Below, one piece after another: positions 49,144 through 63,608 of a stretch of 64,000 bases of DNA (the first letter of the stretch is position 1; the number at the start of each line of letters is the position of its first letter). The position numbers were made by a program, and so were the translations under genes. This DNA is from Lingula anatina (lineage: Eukaryota > Animalia > Brachiopoda): the NCBI GenBank assembly GCA_051362555.1, contig CM120640.1:14632001-14696000 (forward strand), written 5' to 3'. The notes beneath the pieces are model-generated. The model was not told the DNA's origin, searched no databases, and saw only the letters and a list, made by a program, of their open reading frames with translations.

Positions 49144-51456
49144 GAAACCCATTCTTGCCTTTATGGCAGACAGATAACCAAAATTGGTAATAGGTACAAA
49201 TTATTTGAAAAAGGTAAAAAGCTTGACCGAACATTATGTCGTGAGTGTACACAAAACACAAAGCTGCTTGAAGCCGTTTGATCACATAACATGCACGTGG
49301 TATTATTCGTTTGTATGCAGACACAAATACTGGGAATGGTTGACTGAAATCACGTTAAAGGTCAGCCGTCAAAGCAGAAACATTTGCTTAAGGACAACAT
49401 TAAATGCCTACATTCCTAACAAATATTCTATCAGATCACCCCTGTGGAACCTGAAAAAACAATTACCACCGTGTCATGCGCCTTTTCATTTTCTCCATAA
49501 CAATAAAGACAAATTCGATACTCGGCAAAACATCTCCTAATACACCGCAAGGATAGATTTATTCCCAGTGCCATGAGCCATTTATTGGAAAGTTTTCCCG
49601 AGGTGAGCATCACCATGTATTAAAAACAATGGCGTGCCAGAAAGCATTTTGATTTCAAGCCGGGGAATCACGTTATTATTCATACGGAATACGAAATGCT
49701 GCCTGAAATACGATCGTCATTTCAGCTAATGATGCTTACTGCTATCAGTACGCGTTTATTCTTTCTTTTTGGAATACAACGATGAGTTATTTGCCGTATT
49801 GGCTTGAGTAAGCGCGATTGATCTGTTAAAGTCGATCGCGACGGTGTCATTTAAAAGTCCTTTTTATGCTTTACTTACTCTCCGCTACATCAACGACGCA
49901 CCAAAATGAGAGACGTGCAGAACAAGTGCCTTGTACGTTTGTGGTAACATTTGAACAATTTTCTTGGAATGAACTCTGACATATAATAGTAGTATATTGG
50001 GCTTTCCTCAAACGAAGCTGAATCCTCACCGATGGCAAAGATGCTAACTGACATTAATCAAAGGCATCTGATACCATTTGTAAAGAACGGTGAAATGAAA
50101 GAGAGGGTCTTACATGCATCAGGTTCATGTAGTCAAACGAAAACCATCAAAATACCAACTTGTGCAGAAGCAAAGAGAAATACATGTAATCATCGATTTA
50201 AAACGTTACAGATAATTTTAATTTATTTAAGTATTATATTTAGGTCGAAAATGTCAAAAAATATGTTAATAGAATTATCAACAAGGACGTTATTATTGTG
50301 ATGTTGATACTAGTTCCACCAATTGGTGAAAATATTTGAAAGATGTAAGAGAAAAAGAGTTTATCGATAAGCATCGCGAAAAATGTTAGAACCGTCACAT
50401 ATTTTAGGGGGTCAATTCAGTTGTTTCACTGTCTAATTTATTCATTGAGAGGGCATTTTAGTCAGTGATAAATGCATGTTATGCAAACTTATCGTAACTG
50501 TAGATCGTCTATTTTTACTTGTTTTTTTTTTAGTATTGTACATCAGTTATTGTGGCTTACTACAGATTCCAATTTCCACAGGCTATTGCCCCCAATTCAG
50601 GTAAATTCCTGAAGGGCAACAGCCAACCAGCTAGTCAAAAATAAATTGGCTTGATTTCCTGAACCCCTTAAAAAATTTAAGAGAAGAAACATCCGACTTC
50701 GAAATCTAACACGAGTTTTACAGAACTGATGAGATTTAAGTGACATGAAATGCAAAATGCTCTCCAATCGCCAAATAATCTTTATCAATTTACATCCCAT
50801 TTCATTATTTTGACATTTTATGCACCGGAGCGGCTGCCATTTGGTATATGCCATATCGATTCACCGCGGGACTGCAGAGGCTTTCCTCAAATGATGTTTT
50901 AGCAAATATTCTCATGAGCATTTCGCAACCTGAAAGGTTAATACACTTTATCAATGGTACGTCTGTTAAATGAGTTTTTATGTTGGAAAAGACGGTAAAA
51001 TCCCTTCTTATCATTCTGTCGGTGATTTCCAATCGAAAGAACTAATGAGGCATTGCGTGTCCCGATATGTGGTAAACGTAGGGAATTCATCATTTCGTTA
51101 TCCAAATAAAGAATTAACACATTCCTTCGTTTAATTACATGTAAGTACCAGTTTGGTTCTTAATTTACATGTACCTTAACAATTATCTTGACGTTAAGCA
51201 ATATTAATCTACTTCTTGGCGTTTATTTAATCACTAAAATAGTTTTGTGAGTTTTTAGAAACGGCAGATGAGTAATTCATATTTCTGAGCTAACCCAATT
51301 GGGTAGTGAATAAGAAGGAAAAGTATGACACATCTTACAAGCTTGTTTCCTCACAGAAAGATAAAAAGAAAAACTTCGTATTGGGATCATTCGAGGAAGC
51401 CAAAGATCTCGCGACTTAAAGTATAACAAAGCAAGGTTTCGAGAAATTTGGAGGTC

Positions 51457-51493
51457 GGGGGGGGGGGGGGGGGGGGGGGGGGGGAGGGGGGGG
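51457..51493. repeat. Poly(G) run (G-quadruplex-prone)
   Basis: ~36 G with one A interruption. Confidence 0.9.
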
Positions 51494-52118
51494 AGCAAAA
51501 ATACTGATAAGCTTGCGAGAGCATTACGACAACGATGCAAAGCTAAAAGAACTTATCTACATGTATTTTTCTGGTTGTTGTCTTTTACCATCTGTCGAAT
51601 TACAGTGTAATGCATACCTATACAAATTCATCTTTTTTGCTTGTCACTTTTGTATAAGACACAATTCTCGGCAAATAGTTACACCCTTATCGCAGAAAGC
51701 TTAACCCAACCTTATACAGATTCTCACAAATCCCAAATGACGTCATAAAGTGCCAACAACTTACATTCAAGCTATCTAGGATGAACCCATCGGTCCGTTT
51801 TTAATTGAATTTAGGGATTGAAAAAAAAAACGGATGGCTATAAATCCAATCTAAAAATGATCCATAGTCCCGAAAATCTGATTACTTTTCCAAAAAGTTA
51901 TGACCTTTCCTTTTAACTTTTCCTTTTAACGATCCTAAGCTCTAGGTCATCGCAACATTTGCCAACTGGAGCAGAACCAGTCTGAATTAATGACCTTCAC
52001 ATGTTCATTCAAGTTTATAGCACCAAATACAAATACATTGTTGTTTGGGCCTAGTTGTAACAAAGAACCCAAGTCGAAACTTTGTCTTGTCTGAGACTGA
52101 GCAATTTTTGACATATAA

Positions 52119-52374
52119 GGGACCATTCCCAGACCCTATCGCACTTACTGTGGATCGATCTACCTCAAATGGGATTCTCGCTAAATTGTTATCAACTTAA
52201 GCGGCTTAAATGTCTGTCACGCCTAGTGAAGCTGTTAGGGGTAATTAATTATCGTTTAGCAGCTTCAGTAGGCGTGCCAGACGTCTTAGCTGCTTAAGCT
52301 GAAAGCAATATAATAAGAAACCCCTTGGAGATGGATCGATCCTGTTAGATCGATCTAGGCATGGGAAGCCAGTC
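52119..52374. mobile_element. Diverged, fully symmetric relative of MITE family A
   Basis: taa|gggaccattccca... with gatcgatc motifs at both ends. Arms tgtctgtcacgcctagtgaagctgtta / tagcagcttcagtaggcgtgccagacg surround a taattaatta centre (52242-52251). Confidence 0.7.
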
Positions 52375-55300
52375 GAAGATGTAAAAGTTGGTCAGCAGCG
52401 AACTCTGTAGCTCGGGGTACCCAGTGCGAACTAATTATACACTTTATTCCCATAACTACTGAAAGTAAGACTGTCTCTTTGGATTGCACCCATCGACCAA
52501 GCTTACAATACTGTAATGTTTGCTATCAGACACATTTGATGATATCATGGTAGAATCTATTAAAATAATAAACGAATTGAGTGCTGAAAAAAGATAATTA
52601 TTACAGGAAAAAAACACTATAGAAAAACATCCAAGAAAAAAGATGTTAATGATAGAAAAACACATGAGAAAAGCATCATAGAAAAACATTATTCAGTGGT
52701 AATCGTTTAAAGATACAATTGAAGAGAGTTGGTGTTTCAAATCATTACCCCAAACCCCAACAAATGTCACGATATATATAGTTTCAAATAGCAAACTAAA
52801 ATAAATACCGAAGTATCGTTCCATATTTCCCGAAAAAAGATATTTGCCAACCCTTAAAGAATAATTATGCTATCGCTCGTGCAGCAGTAATGTGCCATAC
52901 AACACTATGTCATTGGGCGAACTTTTACGAACTGGAGGGACGGTTAAATAAGTCATATTAACAATCAGAAAAAAAAGGTGTACTTTTTAAGTTTTTAAAG
53001 GCTGAAAGTGTGATTAATTTGGTTTATCCTTAGGCGTGTGGACTTACTTTGAGTCGTATAGGAAACTAGTAGTGATTTATTTGCGGGGAATGTGCGATCG
53101 CTTCATGTGTAACTTTAAGGAAAAATAATCACAATCTTCAAGTTCTGTGGTATAAACTTTAGTTAAATTAAAGAGAAATTAAAATGTTAATTTCTACATA
53201 GAAAGGTTTAATGAGCTGGTACTTTCGATGGAACATTTAATAGGTAAAACCGTGTATCTGTTCAATTGATTTCAAGGAAGCAGGCAGCTGGGCAAGAGTT
53301 TTAATTGTGCTGGACATCTAACTGAGAAACGAGTTTTGATTGAGAAATAGAATAGGTCGTAACAACTTTAAGTCGTAAGGGTGAATATTTTAATTCAGAT
53401 TAGATTTCTTATTTATAACTACTATGTGATATACCAGGTTAAAACAATGATGGCGAAAGATAATGGGGTTCATGGAGGGAAAGCACCAAAATTCAGAAAC
53501 GATCTGAAAATTGCTCATGGATACTGTGGCTTAAATGAATAGGAAATGTGAGGCAATATGAAATCATTTTTATGGATTGTTTATCGCCAGTGATAGCCCT
53601 ATGTCTATATTATTTGATTATGCTGTTTGTCAAAATAAAGTGCATATTCTAAGGCACTCGTAAGAAAAACTAATGAAAAAATAGTTCCCACGTTATCAAT
53701 TTAATACTTTGACCTTTGCAGTTAGCAAACAGTCAAAATTAAGCCTATCCTTTTCGCTTAAGACGTTAGTCGATTGCTTCCGTGTGAAACATCTTCTAAC
53801 CGTAGGACTTGAAAAAGGACATTATTATTAAATGCGGTTTTCAGATGAAACAGAATACAAGCATTATACAGTTTACGAGCTCGAGGTTATTTTCATTGAA
53901 AAAGACAAGTGTGCAACTATAAAGGCGTACAATACACATTAAACGTATACATGTATAGCAAAGCAATTTAATTTTAGATATTGTGTAACTTGCTGATTAC
54001 GGGAAAAGTGTTGACATTTTCTAGGAAATTCAAGGTTTGTCCTAAAAAGTTATCAAACCAATCTGCGTATCTATAACTATATAATAACACGGCATAATAA
54101 TAAACAACTAAATAGTCACTGCACCAATTCCTGAGACATTATATAACGCGTGTACTTAATAGTCTACAGAGGCGCTTTGTACTAATGTACATTTGTCAAT
54201 TTTTCCCTGTATAGAATGACATTTCATCGACACGCACTTAAAAACGACATACGCAGTTGTAGAAAAAAACGGCAAATTTCTATTGACACATTCATACAAC
54301 TACCAGTCAATGCTGTCTACACTGCATGGCCCTTACATTCATAAGTGGTTTCTTCATTTGACTTTATTGAATGCCAACTTCTATTCACTTACAGCGAACG
54401 CGTTATTAAACAAGATACTGCGGACCTCACTTCCCTGTCGGGCGCCTATATTCCACACTACGTGACTCTAATAAATTTGTAACTTTTTTGTTTATACCTC
54501 CTTAAAATGCCATCGTGTCAGAGTGAATTAATTTTTCGATGAGGAAATGGGTAACCTTTCACATAATTTGTATCGATTAAGTACTTCTACAGCCGAAAAA
54601 AACTATTGCTGTCATGTGCTAAGACAGTTTAGAAGCTTGTTAAAATATGATTATATACAATTTATACAATTCCATTGTTAATTACAATTGGTGTGATATT
54701 CAGAGAATTTCATTCTTATTGACATCTTTATAATACTATTACTTAAAAACCGGATGACCTCTCCTATTTATAGATTTATCAAGGAATATGACGTACATCT
54801 ATAATTTCGCAGAGAAACTACCTGTGCCAAAGGGCGCCGCGGGTGAGCGTTTGACTTATGTTCAGAGGAGCGACAGCGGGATGTCTAACTTCACCTTCAG
54901 TTACCATAGAGTCTTCATGCCCACTGTTTTAATGCACCTTTGACATTGCTTTGCCTATCTTTAATATCTGTTTAAGCCATCTCATACGAACAACATTCCC
55001 CATGCTGTCACACGTCAAATCAGATTTCTTTTGGAAGCTTATGAAATAACATGTGTCCATCATATGTACAATGCAGTGTTATACTAACATATTATATACC
55101 AGTATATATACTAAGGAATTATAGTTTAAATAAGCATTATTGTCTGAACAGAATAAATGAATGAGTAAAACAGGTACTGGGAAATATGGACTAGTGAGAG
55201 GGTTAGGTAAACTCTTGATTATAAATCTTTGCTATTTCTTCCTTTCCATCATCAGGATGGAAATACATGTGCTAGTACCTACCGGTAGACCGAAAACCAT

Positions 55301-55638
55301 CTTTTCTCACCTGGATTAGTATAAGCGTTTCTGTGAAGATGTCATCTAAGCCCAACCCTCTATGTAGAATAACCTGGTAGTGTATAAACCTCTGCTTTGT
55401 ATTTAAAAAGAAACACTCTATATTTTGGTCCTTTTTTCAGGGAATGTATCATAAAAATAGGAACATGCATAGCGCTGGTCAGACTGATAAGGATTAGATT
55501 GCTATCAATCTCTTTTAATTCACCGTAGATTAAACATATTTCACGTCTCTATCTCAATCAATACATTTGTCTTCTCATTAATTTGGCTGGACCACCAACC
55601 GAAGGTTTCCTTCGGTAGGCCTTCTTATGCGCAAAAAT

Positions 55639-55639
<1 letters not shown>

Positions 55640-55684
<45 letters not shown>
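55640..55684. repeat. (GT)n microsatellite
   Basis: Read directly from the sequence. Confidence 0.95.
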
Positions 55685-55686
<2 letters not shown>

Positions 55687-58600
55687 TGACCGCCCCGCCA
55701 GGGAATGGTATCTTGCGAAGATGATAGTTCACAAAACAAATTCAACTTGCTTGTAACTTCTTTAACAGCTAAAAGATGCAAAGAGCAAGATTTTTTTTTC
55801 AATTTTGACCTCAAGCCTGCCCAGCAATTTGGATAAAACTGTAAGGTCCCGCTCCCCGATAGCTCACAGGGAAAGTGGAGACGTCAGGAACTAATAGGGT
55901 TACAGCCGATTAGAGAAACACCCAGGTTCGAGTTACCTTCCCCTCCTGAAGAACGTCAATTTAATGCACTGATTCGAATGACACGGCGCTGCTTTCAGCT
56001 CAACAGTGAAAACGCCATGAACTAACTTAACTAATAGCAAGATCGACACAAATTACTGACTAATTAGAAGGGCAGATATCGGAAATCTCATCTATGAGTC
56101 ACTTTTTGTTTGGAAAAACATATCGTCGCAGCCCTGGGAATCGAGAGAGAGAGAGAGAGAGAAAGAGACGCCAAAGCTTGTCATTACTGTTTTGGTTCTC
56201 TTGAAGAAATTATGGTCTTTTTGTGTCGTTTTCCTGTGAAAAGGAGGCCTGGAATCTCCTTCCTGTTACATACAATTTCAGTGCAGATCTCAATGAATGT
56301 TTTTTAATGAATGAAATTTCAGGTCAACGACACCTTTGCACTGGTGTTGTGAAGATAAAACTGCGCAAGGATCAAGCATTAGAAACAAAGAAAAATAAGG
56401 TTCTTTAGAGACATTTTTTATTATTCCGCTAGGCTATGAAAACGAAAGACAACATTCACACAAAAATATATGAAACCCAGAGAAAAAATAAGGCAGGTAG
56501 GAAAATAACTGCTTTATCGTACCGGAGACCAATCCACTGTGGAGAAGAAAATGAAAACATGCTTCAGTGTCATTTTCCGTTTCGTTTGATCTTCAATGCA
56601 ATCCATCAGCCGGCGCTCCGTAAATCATAAGGATAAGACTATATCTTTATTGCTTTGAATAGAATAGAATCGATGAGTACCCGAGGGAGACGAGACATAA
56701 AAATATAATATTATTAATTGAAGTTTTATCAGTGACGATTATTTGATGAAGAATTCTGATGGGCATCAGGGATTGGAGGAACTGGCCTCCATCGGGAAGC
56801 CTTAGACACTAGTCAACGATGGACCCATCTATAATGTGACGTCTGACGGCCTAATATCTGACTATCTATCAAAAACTGATTACCAGTCTCCGACACAATC
56901 TAATGCGCGGTATTAAACTTAGTACGGTCGATTAATAGAGTCATTATTCTTACCATGATACTGTTATTATTATTTTTGTTTTTTTTCCCAGATTTGGTAT
57001 TCCCACCTAATAAAATCAATATATCACCCTCGAAATAATCAGAATAATCAGACTGATTGGAAGACAATTACGATTTGTGAAATCTTTATTGGCGTCTTGT
57101 ATGACAGGTCGACTAATAGAATTATTCGCCTCCAACTACAGTAGAATATCTTTGCAGCTGCTTGACTAGTCTGTTTGTCTGTATGTCCGTCTCTCACATA
57201 CACACACACGCGCGCGCGCGCGCTCGTGCACAATGAAGTACCCAATTTGCCTCAAGGATATATCCCCTTTTCTCGTGAATCATGACACAACCCTCCTTTA
57301 ATAACGGAAAATAAAAAGCCAAAAATACCGAATAAAAATGCATCGCAAATATACGTCAGCTGAGCTCTGTTACTAGGTAATAGCTATCATTGTGATGTCA
57401 ATGCACATTTGATTTCACCATCTGGTTGCATTTTGAAAGTCGTAAAGTTTTAAGAGAACAAAACACCGTGATAATAGCCGCATTTTAAATTTTTAAGAAA
57501 ACTACATTGCAAACCATTTACCCCACACAAAATAAGTTAAAGATCAAGACGTTACTGTTCCCCCAACCACTTTTGCTTCCATTTGTCCAGTCATCCATAA
57601 AACTGATAAACTTTAATGTCACATTCCGGAAAAGAGTAGTCTCTATCTCTCAAAGTGATACATGCATTTCTGCATAAAAGCATATCACCTGTTGCGACAA
57701 TGAGCCACCTGTTTCTTTCTTTCTTTCTTTCTTTTTTTTTTTTTTTTGATATATTCTTTTGGAAATGATAATATATCGTTTTCCACATAAATCACGGAAT
57801 AGCTATTCTTAGCCTTCTATATTGTGGCTAACTTGCTCAAAGGAAAATAATAGCACAGCTGGCAGTTATACCAGAACAATCGTTTTAATTGTAAGACAGC
57901 TTCAGAGTTGGCAGGTAAGGCCAAAGTGTTTCTGAACGGGTTTTATTACCACACCTAGACATATAAGCGTGAAAAGCAGTACATTCCAATGACCACTTGT
58001 TTATAAGTTTATTGATTTTGGTAGCATTTGCGTACATCGACAGTGCCTTCGGTAAATTTTAAGCTCTAGAGATTATTACTAATTGTATGTTTTACGTGCA
58101 AGTTCTGGAAAGTTCTGGATGTCCTGCTTTTTGACTGCAAAGTCGTGGTTCATGACCTACAGTAATTGGTTTAGAGACTTTGTTATTAAACAAATTGTGT
58201 CCTCTTAGATTTATCATGAAACGGATAAAGTTTAATCCTAAAATAATGAGAAATAACAGATCGCAGATAGAATAGAGGGCCAAGTCTGGATTGAAAATAA
58301 TTGACATATAATTAATCAATTATTGATACTAAAATGCTCCCATCATTTATTTATTCTTTTGCCATATCATCGGCCCTTTGTCACACATGCATATGTTACC
58401 CACCAAAAACATCATAATCAAATCCACCTGTTACGTTCCACTGATGATATAAGAGAATGCAGCTGCATTGCATTTCGAATAGATGAGAAGTAATCTTCCC
58501 CAATATCTCTTCCATTTCATCTGTTACCTTCTGATTTAATCAACCAGTGCGCTAGTATTTCTTATGTTAAACACATTTTTAGAATTGTACGCAATTGTCA

Positions 58601-61600
58601 AAGTAAATATCTGGTTCACCACCTGTAGCAAACCACAGGTGCGACATGTTTGTAAGGAAGTGGTGTACATGTAGCTTTCAGTATCAAATCACTTGTTGTA
58701 GTTGGTCACACAAGGTCTTTAATCTAGCACTCCCTAAAAGTGCGGAGTTCTGTTGACGGTTTTTCAATTTACAGTCGATGTTTTCAGCATTCATATACGA
58801 CCCCTTACCAGAATACCTTTGCTTAACTTCACAGAGTTTATCGTATTCTAAATTTTCCCTCGAGGGAGAACCGAATGGAAAACATTAACCAAAACATAAT
58901 AAAAGTGCGGTCAGTCCCTAAGGCCAACTCACCATTGCTAACCTCTCTGCCTAAAACATAGTTTTATCAAATAAAAACGCCTGGTATTTCTGGCTTTGAT
59001 TGGTACAAACCTTATCTAAGGCAGAGCACAGTGGTGTCAATTTGCATTTACATGTCCGCACAATAACCTCTGAACCAACCTTGTCTTTTATCCGTATGGT
59101 TGCAACCTGTTGTCTGGTAAAGTATCTTGATTTTTTTATTTCAAAAAGAATTAGATATTTGTTTTTTTTCTCTGTAGCCTTTTTAGGTATTTTTCTTAAC
59201 TTCTCGTGGACAATAATGGGACCTCTTTTAACGTTGGATAAGGAAAGTTAATGAGAAACGAAACCAGATCTCCATAACCACATCGGCGCACCCCTATACA
59301 TGTACAATTTTGTTTTCTAAATACATGAGGTATTGTCAAACATGTCACTTCTTTAGACTTCAAGTTGTTCTATCCTTCACAGTAAAAAGCATAAAAAAAG
59401 CAACCGTGCCACCTGTAGGATATCTTTTGTTAGCCTTTTTTTTTAAATTCATTATAGAAGTTAAACGCGCTGGTAAAGAAGCAAAAAGCACAAGGCCAAA
59501 CTTCTTCAATAAAAAAAAAAAGATTTATTTATTTAACTAAGGATGGGAAAGGATATCCTAATCCATCGGGATTTAATTTGATACGGTACGGTGCTATCGA
59601 ATGTTCCTCCCTCAGTGCATTAGTACTATTAGTAGCAAAATGGTATCTGTGCACGGGACACGTTTGTATTGCAGATGTTCTGCTCCCAATAATTCAAACA
59701 GAGAAAGGGAACTGATTGCTTGAAAAAATATTGCGGAAACCACAGCATGTGGTCGAGCAATCGCAATTTCACTACTTGTAAATATCGACCTCTGATTGTT
59801 TCTAGTAATGATGCAGAATTTGTTCTGAATTAGACGAAAGTCAACATTCGTTTCGCAGTGTGAAATGGACTTTAAGCGGAGAAAGAATGGCCCGTGTGAA
59901 CGGTGGTACGGATTTTCAAGAAAAGCAACACTCCGTTACTGGCACAGCGTACTAAAATAACACAGGTGTAAATTATCGTGGCTGTTTTTCGAGTGAAGTG
60001 GCGGAAACAAATTGTAACTTTTTCCTACTTTCAGTGAAGGGGGGTCCAATCAAGCCAATTGTTTTCTCAGTTATTTTAATGGTTGTAGAAACGAAGCTTT
60101 TATGCGTCCGGCCGGATGCTACTTGTACAGGTATGACACGATCAGAAGATTTAGGTTAAGCACACGCCACGTTCCTTTCACCTATTTGCAAAGGCAGACC
60201 TTACGTTTGGTACCTACAAATACTTCTCATGAACAATATCTAGAACTTAAAACGCACGACGCCGTTCGATAATAAAATTTGATACCCAATCAACGATATT
60301 TATCTATTAAAGACTCTTTTGGCGCTGCCTTTGAGGTATCTATAAACCACCTAGATATCAACAACTACTATATGATTCTACCTGCGCCGAGTTTGACTTT
60401 CTTATAGAAATCAAGGTAAATATTTGAACCACGTAATAATTACCTTCGGCACTCACCTCTCTCATCAACGGTGCAAATTTTGCTCAGTTATCTCAATCCT
60501 CATTCCTAACTACCACCAAATCATCAATACGTGTTGTCAGATGAAAATCCCTGGAGAGGAATATGCGTGTTTCTTTGTCGGTAAGAGAAGTCGGCAGCAC
60601 GAGGAGTTGCGAACCTGTTTGCCGGCAAATCACAATGCACAATGAAAGGAAAAACGCAATCACCTCCGCTACATATGTTCAATATCTGTTTGCTTGACAA
60701 CTGCATTGGCATCGCCTCCTAGTTCTGAGAACCACTTCTGATTGGCTCCGACGCCTGCTCAAAGTAAAATGAACCAGTGTTATGGCACTTGCCATGGCAC
60801 CCAAATCCCCGCCACTGGAATAATACTGGTGAGCAATCAACGAAAATCGAGGTTGATGAACAGTAAATTTGCACAGGAATGATCAAAAGAAGCAATATAT
60901 CAGAATACCCTCCCGAACTTCAGAAACGCAAACTGTGGAACCCATTGGTAAAGATTTATCGGAGCTATTGGCTCGGATTAAGCCGACCCTATGCGGTATT
61001 TATTTTAACAATAAATAACTGAGACTCTGGCTTGTATACACTCAGTAATTATATAATCTAATACTTATACATGCTATTATTCCTCGCACCTAGAGAGGGT
61101 ACCGAATGCTACAGAAACAAAGCAAAAAAGTCTGCAGTTGATAATACACAGCGGCTGTAGGGTCGAATCAAACGAGCAAATTGTCTCTGTAAATCGTAAT
61201 GATAAGCTCTCTACAACATCATAAATGAGTTCGGCAGGCCGATGCTGCCATTACCTCCAATAACGAGTGCCAATTAACTTGTAGATATTATTTTGAAAAA
61301 CCGAAAGATGCTGCGATGAGACGCTGTGGATTTAACGGGAATAAAACGATAACGGGTTAAGTAAATGGTTGATATTAGCGCTCGTGTGGGATATCTGTAA
61401 CGAAAAATCAGTTATTTTCATAGATAAATGAATGAATTTTAGGCTTTGCAAATACACTTGATAACAAAACAGAAAAGAAATATGGATTCTTATCTGATTT
61501 TTTTACCGAGACAATTTTGAAGGATTGTAGCAAAAGCCGTCCGTAGTTACAAACTTGTCATTGGCATTGCCTCCCACTACTATCAAAAATTAAAAAAAGG

Positions 61601-62757
61601 TTTTACGACTGGAATTGGTGGTTTAGAAGAAATTGAGGCATGTTGTTATAAAGAGATGAAATCATCAAATGATCAACTGAATAAGATGTTATTTTAAAAA
61701 CTACTTTTAATTCGGTAACCCGATGAAACAAAATGTTTATCAAATCTAAAGAACCCTTTACTTCTTTTTAAAATTCGTAAATAAAACTTTTCTGATATCT
61801 CATTATCTCTTCAGTGTAAGATAGACGTCTAAATCTTAATGATAGCGTTCTGATGTGTTACACTGGAAGAAATAAAAATAGAAATGAAAATAAAAATGAA
61901 ATGTACCAATAAAAAAACCTTTAGCGGTATGTGGGCGTTGTTGTGCTATATAATAACAGAAATAATTTTTGCTGATTTGGTCGGTTTCAGTTCGATATGT
62001 TTCTCATTGATACCTTCCAGTATGTACTACTTTGCACTATTGACCCACTGTACATATGATCCTTTATTCTGATGTGTGACATCAAGACTCTAGTCCATTT
62101 TTGCTGGCAGAGACTTTCGTTCTCAAAGACAAACAAGGGACTGGTTTCTGTGTAAAAACAACTACATGTAACAAATATCGTGCAGCGTTTCGCGTCACGC
62201 GTTTTGCCGTGTTTTTCACCCACTTACAATTTACCACTTACCATTTTCTTAATACAAGCAAATAGAGAGTGCCACGTGTTTGATGAACAAGAAACGTTTT
62301 CTTTTATGCAATGTCCAAAACATGTAAACCGTACTAACTGGAAAAATATAATAGATAAAGAAATTCCAGATAAAGCATGGGAACTCGTGACGAGGCGACG
62401 GGTGGATGAATATCGTTAATACAGAATAGATTATAAAAATCGTTGCAGAAGACACGTTTGGGCACAATATTTTTGATGATTGAAAACCGTTATGCCCGCT
62501 TTCATCTTAAAAATAACTCAGGAGCGAAGTGTTGGAAACAAAGTCACACTAGAACGAGGGACGGGCCGTCGAGGCGGATTGGGAGGTGAAGGGGTTAAAG
62601 GAGAGAGATGGGTTATTAAGAGAGGAAAATGCGTTTTTGCGTCCCTTCCTGCAAAGCTGAATTCTTCCCTTGAGAATCTGATTAAATCCAAAGGTCAAGC
62701 CATCCATGTGGGGAAGATACATATGGTGTATAGTCGGGATACATAGTAGCATTCATA

Positions 62758-62969
62758 GGCCCAATTCACAACAGAGTTGATCCGCGGACTAACAGATCGG
62801 CAGATCAAATATGGCGGACACCCTTGAGAGCAAGCCGCGTAATCACTGCGCGGAATCTATCCAGTGTTTGTTGGGGATTATGCGGGAAGCTTTCAAGTGG
62901 GTCGGCCATGTTTGATCCGCGGATCTGTTAGTCCCGTAGATCAACGTTAACTCTGTTGTGAATGCTCTC
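62758..62969. mobile_element. Harbinger-type MITE related to family B
   Basis: ata|ggcccaattcacaacagagtt..ggactaacagatc..gatcaaatatggc / ggccatgtttgatc..gatctgttagtcc..aactctgttgtgaat..|ata. Shares ttcaagtgggtcggccat with family B. Confidence 0.75.
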
Positions 62970-63576
62970 ATAGAGCAGCAGAACATCATTGTAATCGGGT
63001 TGGGGCTTGCAATTATAATCATCACATACAATTGTCAAGCAAAACTCTTTTTTTTTTGCGATTTGCTAATCTAAAAGTTATGTAAGGTCACGACTTAGAT
63101 GACGGTTCAAAAGTACACCATATGTCTTGTTTTCCTCGTTACCGACTGTGTTTCCACCAGTGTGACCGTCTAGCGATCGCGTGCTGCTACAACTGTACAC
63201 ATATCCAGTGTGTAGTTGGTCTTGTTTCATTTCCCAACAGAATGGAATTGATCCAGTTTATCCGGATCTTGTAAATTATAAAAATATATATATAGAAATA
63301 CTGGTCGTTTTTGAGTAATGGAACAGCTATTTTAGAAGCAACTGTTAATGAACTAAATAAGAACGATAGCATAGTGATTAGCTGAACAACATTCCAATTC
63401 TGCTTTCTTTAATCTTGTTGGAATTCTCAAATATTTTAAATGCTTGCGATATTGAACTCCCTTAACTGCGTGTACTAGCTTAAAGAGGTATATTGTGAAA
63501 TTCTAGGGAAAGGCAAATGCCAGGGGGTGAGGTATAGGTCATCAATTTAGAAGCTGGTTACCCTTGACTTGAATGA

Positions 63577-63608
<32 letters not shown>

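Noticed and set aside
52600-52690. Degenerate AGAAAAACA-type repeats
   Set aside because: Low-complexity A-rich tract with an irregular period.
11940-58164. TACAGTA/TACTGTA (3-bp mariner/Sleeping Beauty-type footprints)
   Set aside because: About 13 seen, close to my rough chance expectation (~14), unlike TACATGTA.
60104-60126. GC hairpin gcgtccggccggatgc followed by cttgt (Helitron-like 3' end), and hairpin accgaaggtttccttcggt near 55598
   Set aside because: Single short palindromes with no matching other end or second copy in the window.
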